A DNA stretch of 63,735 nt, counting the filler, from Licmophora abbreviata (taxonomy: Eukaryota), in assembly GCA_900291995.1 (NCBI GenBank). It is 13 parts of 13 records of this genome, joined end to end, with 100 filler letters (N's around TTAATTAATTAA, not from the genome) between each part and the next. Parts side by side here need not be neighbours in the genome. Positions count along the whole stretch, not along the records: positions 54,102 to 58,771 come from OLMU01002446.1; positions 58,872 to 61,216 come from OLMU01002447.1; positions 61,317 to 62,485 come from OLMU01002449.1; positions 62,586 to 63,735 come from OLMU01002489.1; 9 more parts are not named here. One strand, 5' to 3'. The translations under genes were made by a program, and so were the position numbers. This document shows, one piece after another, positions 58,762 to 63,735 of the stretch. The notes beneath the pieces were generated by a model. The model did not search any database, was not told the DNA's origin, and saw only the letters and a list, made by a program, of their open reading frames with translations. Positions within the stretch are counted from its first letter, which is position 1. Each line of letters opens with the position of its first letter.

Positions 58762-60552
58762 GGTCTCCGCANNNNNNNNNNNNNNNNNNNNNNNNNNNNN
58801 NNNNNNNNNNNNNNNTTAATTAATTAANNNNNNNNNNNNNNNNNNNNNNNNNNNNNNNNNNNNNNNNNNNNATCCCCAGTGCACCAACCTGCAAAATGAC
58901 GAAAAGCGTTGTCCGACTGTGGCAACGCCATGGTGGAGGTGAGGGCCTTCCAACGCACAGCTTTCGAACGATCTCTCCCATTCACATTTCGATGGTCATA
59001 TCGGACTAATTCAGCCACAGCGGATCTGATCGAGTCGTCGGTTTGGCAGTGTGACAAAATTTGATCGAGATATGGCTGATCGAATCTTCCTTTTTTGCGG
59101 CTCGTCAAGACACCAAAGTCGATCGATCTCAAGGATGACGATCGTTTCTCGACAGCAAGAAGAGGAAGAAGCACTCGATGCATGATAACACATGGGACTC
59201 TAAACGACAACGGGTTTTCTTGCTCGGGTTTGACGCGTGAGAGCACAGCTCAACTCTTTCTGAGAACAATTCCTCAAGTGTAACGCTTTGCTTCTATATT
59301 GCCGTTCGGTAGGGTATCTCCAATTGTTCGGGTTGGGTGATGGTGCACCGGTAGTCTACTGGTGTCAACAGTGGAATGAGTCAGCCGCTTCCATTGCCGG
59401 CTCGGGAGTCGTGTCGAATCAGTGTGATGGTTGATTCCGTTGTCAGTACTGTCAGCTTCGACTAGATGTTGACGAGAATGTTATTCGAGGCCAAGTCCTC
59501 GCGTCGAGAATGCCGCCTGGAGTGACAGCTCGACTATGATCCGCAGTGAGCAAGAACATCGAAGTGACAGACAAGCAGACCAGTGCGTATCACGATCCGA
59601 TCGGTCTTCTCGATACTTTCCAACTCGGCGCAATATGATTCTACGATACTCTCCTTCGATGTTCCGCAGTGTAGACAATGCATTGAACTGAAGAGCGACA
59701 CGTTTGAGAACGATATTCAGAAAATTCCAGCGGGTAGTTTTTGTCGATCAAGAAGCCGAATTGATCGAGATCCCGTAAATGTGTAAAACAAGGGTACGAG
59801 TCGAGTCGGCCTGTACAAACATCCCCTCGAAACCTATGTTATCAATCGGCATTGGCGGTGATGCTCTTCCCTTGACCATGTATGCCCGAAAAGTGCACAA
59901 AGAAACGGGTTTGGGGGCAAGACGTCATCAGCACATCACGTCTAGTCTCGAGCGGTCAAAACAATGTGACTGTGGGGGCCAAGAAGAATTCTGAATGCTG
60001 GAATTCTTCTCTATTCATTCTTCTGCGTGGGACTCATCAAAGCTGGCATGCTCTTCCTTCCAAAAAGAAACATCGGCATTCCACAATACCTTACTTCTTT
60101 AGTGACAACAACAACACAACAATAACCTCCCGAAGGCGAAACGTCGTCGGCGATTGAGCTCATGCTCGACATTGATTTTGTCATACGACCGGATGGATAA
60201 TCCATCTTGAAGGTGGAGCTAAATACAACAGGCAGCGAGATCAAAACCAAAGAGAACCGCACACTTGAAATATATCGGTGGGGTTGTTCTGAGCTACCAA
60301 CTACTTTCTTCAACGGGCGCCGCCTTGGTGAACCAAGACGACGCAGATGGTACTCCCTTTTCCAAGATATAGGCATGGGCGCCCTGCCAAGTGTTCGCTA
60401 CACATCATCGGTACATACCTATGGAATCGTTGCCCATCAGAGTGTGACATACAAAGAGTTTGCCGAGAGGCATGCCGTTGATAATATTTATTTTTAAAGA
60501 ACTAGTATTGCCAACTGCAACGGACTAACTTACGTTGTGGATCGATTCGTTT

Positions 60553-61143
60553 CTACATGTTGACCTTTGCTTCGCACTTTTGGTAAAGGGATTGGCAGTA
60601 CGATCTGTGCTTTTCATCCTTATTTGGGTGACTACTCGTGAAGACGAGGACAGGCTGTGGCTGCCCCTTGGTTTTTGAAATGGAGAGCCAGCACGTTTGG
60701 TCGCAGTTACGTCCGCGATGAATATAGTTGGCGTGCAGTTGCAGCTGCAAGCTGCGTGGTCGTATGATCGATTGTTGCAGCCGCGCCAGCTCCATGTACA
60801 CGTTGGTGCGCTGTTTACGCTCGGCGGGTATGTTGATCCAGGCCGGGCCGGCAAACACCACGAGGGGCACCCACTGGAGGATGCCCACCGCGACCGACAG
60901 TTCACCTTCATGGAACGCCCGAGTGAGTGCATCACATGCGACGCGCCAGTCCTCTGGCTCTATCCCAAAATCTTGAGGAGACACTAACGTATTGTTCGAG
61001 GGATGTGGTAGCACAAACGTTGGCGCATGGGCTTTTCCCAGAGCGGTAAAACCCAGGGGTGTCGCTGGAACAATCAGCGTCTCTGTGGTAGAGGCAGGGT
61101 AAGCGCCCAGGGGTGCCACTTGAACAAATGATGACGATGTCAT
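60553..61143 (-). CDS. Hypothetical protein with one hydrophobic segment
   Basis: 196-aa ATG-started ORF; no confident domain. Confidence 0.5.
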   Translation of the reverse strand: MTSSSFVQVAPLGAYPASTTETLIVPATPLGFTALGKAHAPTFVLPHPSNNTLVSPQDFGIEPEDWRVACDALTRAFHEGELSVAVGILQWVPLVVFAGPAWINIPAERKQRTNVYMELARLQQSIIRPRSLQLQLHANYIHRGRNCDQTCWLSISKTKGQPQPVLVFTSSHPNKDEKHRSYCQSLYQKCEAKVNM

Positions 61144-61316
61144 GATTACTGAGTAGGATGTAGAAGAGGCCGAAGGAGCAGCTTTCCCGTTCGTAATTTC
61201 GGTAAATCGATAATGGNNNNNNNNNNNNNNNNNNNNNNNNNNNNNNNNNNNNNNNNNNNNTTAATTAATTAANNNNNNNNNNNNNNNNNNNNNNNNNNNN
61301 NNNNNNNNNNNNNNNN

Positions 61317-61609
61317 AAAGCTTGTCTTTCCACTTCTTCCCTGAAAAGTTAACCTGTGGATCAAAAATTAAGTCGTTCTGAGTAGTGAATCTCCATCTTA
61401 CTTAGCGATACGCGCCCGAACGCCAGCTGACGTACCTTGGCGGCGTTGATGACAACCACAACATCGCCACAGTCTCCGTTGGGTCGATACGTTGGCTTGT
61501 GTTTTCCTTTCAAGATCGGAGCTATCTGAGTCGCCAATCGGCCCACTGTTTGTGAGGACGCATCCACCAGGTGCCACGCCCGTTGTACAGCCCGCCCAGG
61601 AAAGCTCAT
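61317..61609 (-). CDS. rplM: Organellar (mitochondrial-type) ribosomal protein uL13, 3' partial; intron 61435-61354
   Basis: [54 protein letters not shown]. Confidence 0.93.
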
Positions 61610-61961
61610 GATCGCGAATACTTTATGGGATATCTGGCGAGCACGGGGCGGCGCTGAAGAGGCTTTTTCAAAGTCTTCATCAGTTCTGCTGCTGTTCATC
61701 GTTCATCGTGCGACGAGTCGAGTCGAGTCGACGAGCGAACGTTCTTGCCCAAATTTGACAAAGGTACTGAGCCACCATCTCGTCCTTGCGTCGGTCGTGT
61801 TTCATTTTGAGTGCGAAGAAAAGCGCGCGCCGTTTTGATGTCTCAAAAACAAAAACTAAAAGTTGAAAGAGCATGTTGAATGTTGAGTGCGTTGAGCTCG
61901 TCAATCCGAACCACTGCTGACGATCGCATGGAGTAGAAGAAGTGTAAGACAAGGCATCAGG

Positions 61962-62485
61962 ATGCTTCGCTGTATTGGTGCTGGTACTCTTAGCTTCTAC
62001 GGTCGTCGAGCACGCAGTCGAAAGCACCTGAATTCACTGCATTTCCTCTCTTCGTGCTCTCCCCGATATCTTTCGACATCCAATGAGGCTTCCCGCTTGA
62101 CAGTATCTATTCTTGGACCCCCGAATGCAGGAAAGTCAACCCTATTCAATCGTCTCATGTGCAAGGAATCCAACAAGTCCTATCGTCTCCAGACGGAGAA
62201 GAATCCACGACGTCGAAAGGGGTTGTCGAAAGGCAGAATCGGAAGCAACGCAACTCCTTCAACGATCGGCGGTGCTATTGTATCGTCTGTACCCGGAACA
62301 ACGAGAGATCGAAGAGAATGCACGGGACGCATCGGAGGAACTACCTTTCGACTCGTTGACACAGCAGGCGTCGACGGCGAACGACAAGATTCCAAATACC
62401 CGCTAGATCGAGCCATGATGCAGCAGACATTTGAGGCGGCTCGGTCAGCCGATCTGGTGCTTCTCATGTTTGATGCTCGCGTCGG
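61962..62485 (+). CDS. der: Der/EngA-family GTPase, 3' partial, with mitochondrial-type leader
   Basis: G1 GPPNAGKSTLFNRL, G2 PGTTRD, G3 DTAG and ADLVLLMFDAR. Confidence 0.85.
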
Positions 62486-63439
62486 NNNNNNNNNNNNNNN
62501 NNNNNNNNNNNNNNNNNNNNNNNNNNNNNTTAATTAATTAANNNNNNNNNNNNNNNNNNNNNNNNNNNNNNNNNNNNNNNNNNNNGGCACAGGCTTCGAG
62601 GAGAGTAGCTTTCTCCTGTTCATTCTTGGCGAGTGGCAGTGCTGTAGGTAAGAATCGATCGATGGTTTCTTGAAGAGTTGGGATGGGTAATCGAGGGAGC
62701 GCAGCTTGATGTTCGTAGAGGGGTCCGCCAATGTAGGTTTCGAGAAAGCTTCGGCAGCGTAGTCACCGTGCGATTCCACCATTGGGGATGTCCAGGCACG
62801 CATAGGAGTTGTCTGTGTTTCCTTGTCATCGGCTCTGGTCAAGGTGGACAATGGTTTCGTCGGATACACGGAATAGGATGAGACGCGGGCGTTTTTGGGA
62901 AACACCGCGAGGCTGCGAGGAGCAGAGGGGTGGCGAGTGGAGGAGCGCTGGATCTGGATGGAAGTCATATTGAACACGCGGCGCCGGCAATACATTCTGT
63001 TGCTATCGCGATGAAGCAGCAAAAAAGGAGAGAGACTAGACCAGCAATCCAAAACAATGAGACAAGACAAAGACGCTTTGTGTGTATCGGTATATAATGC
63101 AATGGTGCGTCACTGATGCCGAGGTGTCATGTGTCATCGCGGCGCGTCCAAATTCGAAACGAAAATTGGAGGGAAGTTTGAGACAGCCAAATTGGGAAAC
63201 GCGATCCCACATTCAGTCGTGCACCAGCAGCTACTGCAAAGCCGTTTTCCCGCCAAAATGATAACGAGCTCCGTAAAGTCGTACGTCTGAAAGGGAGCTC
63301 GCCTCAAAGAAAGACGCGGCGATCAAGAGACGCGATGAGAGGCGACAAGCATCATCGTCATCTGATCTTGTCCATATGAAAGGACCCTCGCCATCGCTAT
63401 CCCTGCCAAGCTACTACAACGATTGAATTTCAGCCAATC

Positions 63440-63675
63440 ATGTCACATCGGAGAAGAGGAGTCGGTGTCGGACGATCCGGTCCAAGGTGCGTGGCGTGGC
63501 CGTCATCTTCGACCCTATGCAGCAGCGCTCTTTGACTTGCGTCGTCGGTGCTCCTATACTCTGTGCTTACTTTGTTTCTTATGGACTCCTGTTGTGCTAT
63601 CTATGAAGATTCGAAAAGAAGGCAGAAGAGCTCAAGTCCATTTCGACGAAATCCGCTCTGGAAACAGTCCAAAAG
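63440..63675 (+). CDS. SNF8: ESCRT-II subunit VPS22/SNF8, 3' partial; exons 63440-63486 and 63609-63675 (absent from the ORF track)
   Basis: MSHRRRGVGVG resembles the MHRRGVG N-terminus of SNF8 and splices in frame to FEKKAEELKSISTKSALETVQK. Confidence 0.7.
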
Positions 63676-63735
63676 GTGCGATGTCTGCGGAGCTCCGTTC
63701 TCATACGATAACTTTCATACCGAGCTCTCCCTATT

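Noticed and set aside
62586..63070. Minus-strand ORF running into the gap
   Set aside because: No recognisable motif and an ambiguous start and frame, so no call can be supported.

Overview
Gene-dense eukaryotic nuclear DNA, almost certainly from a diatom or close ochrophyte. The evidence is short GT-AG introns, bipartite signal+'AF' plastid presequences (chlM 'AHASAFVP'), and nuclear hemD, chlM and RSH genes. The window is a scaffold of 13 pieces joined by 12 artificial 100-nt linkers (N44-TTAATTAATTAA-N44); at least two of these are false gaps with overlapping flanks that split a gene. About 35 genes are supported, including a mitochondrial Pi carrier, RPL9, a RelA/SpoT homologue, UROS, two TMEM65-ACT paralogues, an atypical secreted alkaline phosphatase, a P2B Ca-ATPase, eIF4E, TFIP11, ALDH9/BADH, a CDF transporter, an SLC35B transporter, a SAMHD1-like protein, KAS, a sulfotransferase, chlM, BCNT, uL13m, Der and VPS22. 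Five genes carry single-base homopolymer indels that look like assembly errors. Highlights: (1) five perfect YGAATCTH (PSR-type phosphate-starvation) boxes within 225 bp upstream of the alkaline phosphatase; (2) duplicated TMEM65-ACT-coiled-coil fusion genes; (3) a protein of 18 ~30-aa repeats with a 91-aa super-repeat; (4) a decayed DUF6589-like mobile-element ORF; (5) a hidden twin-Cx9C CMC1 gene broken by an in-frame stop; (6) a head-to-head uL13m/Der pair; (7) recurrent non-coding motifs. All family assignments come from motif recognition by eye, not database searches.
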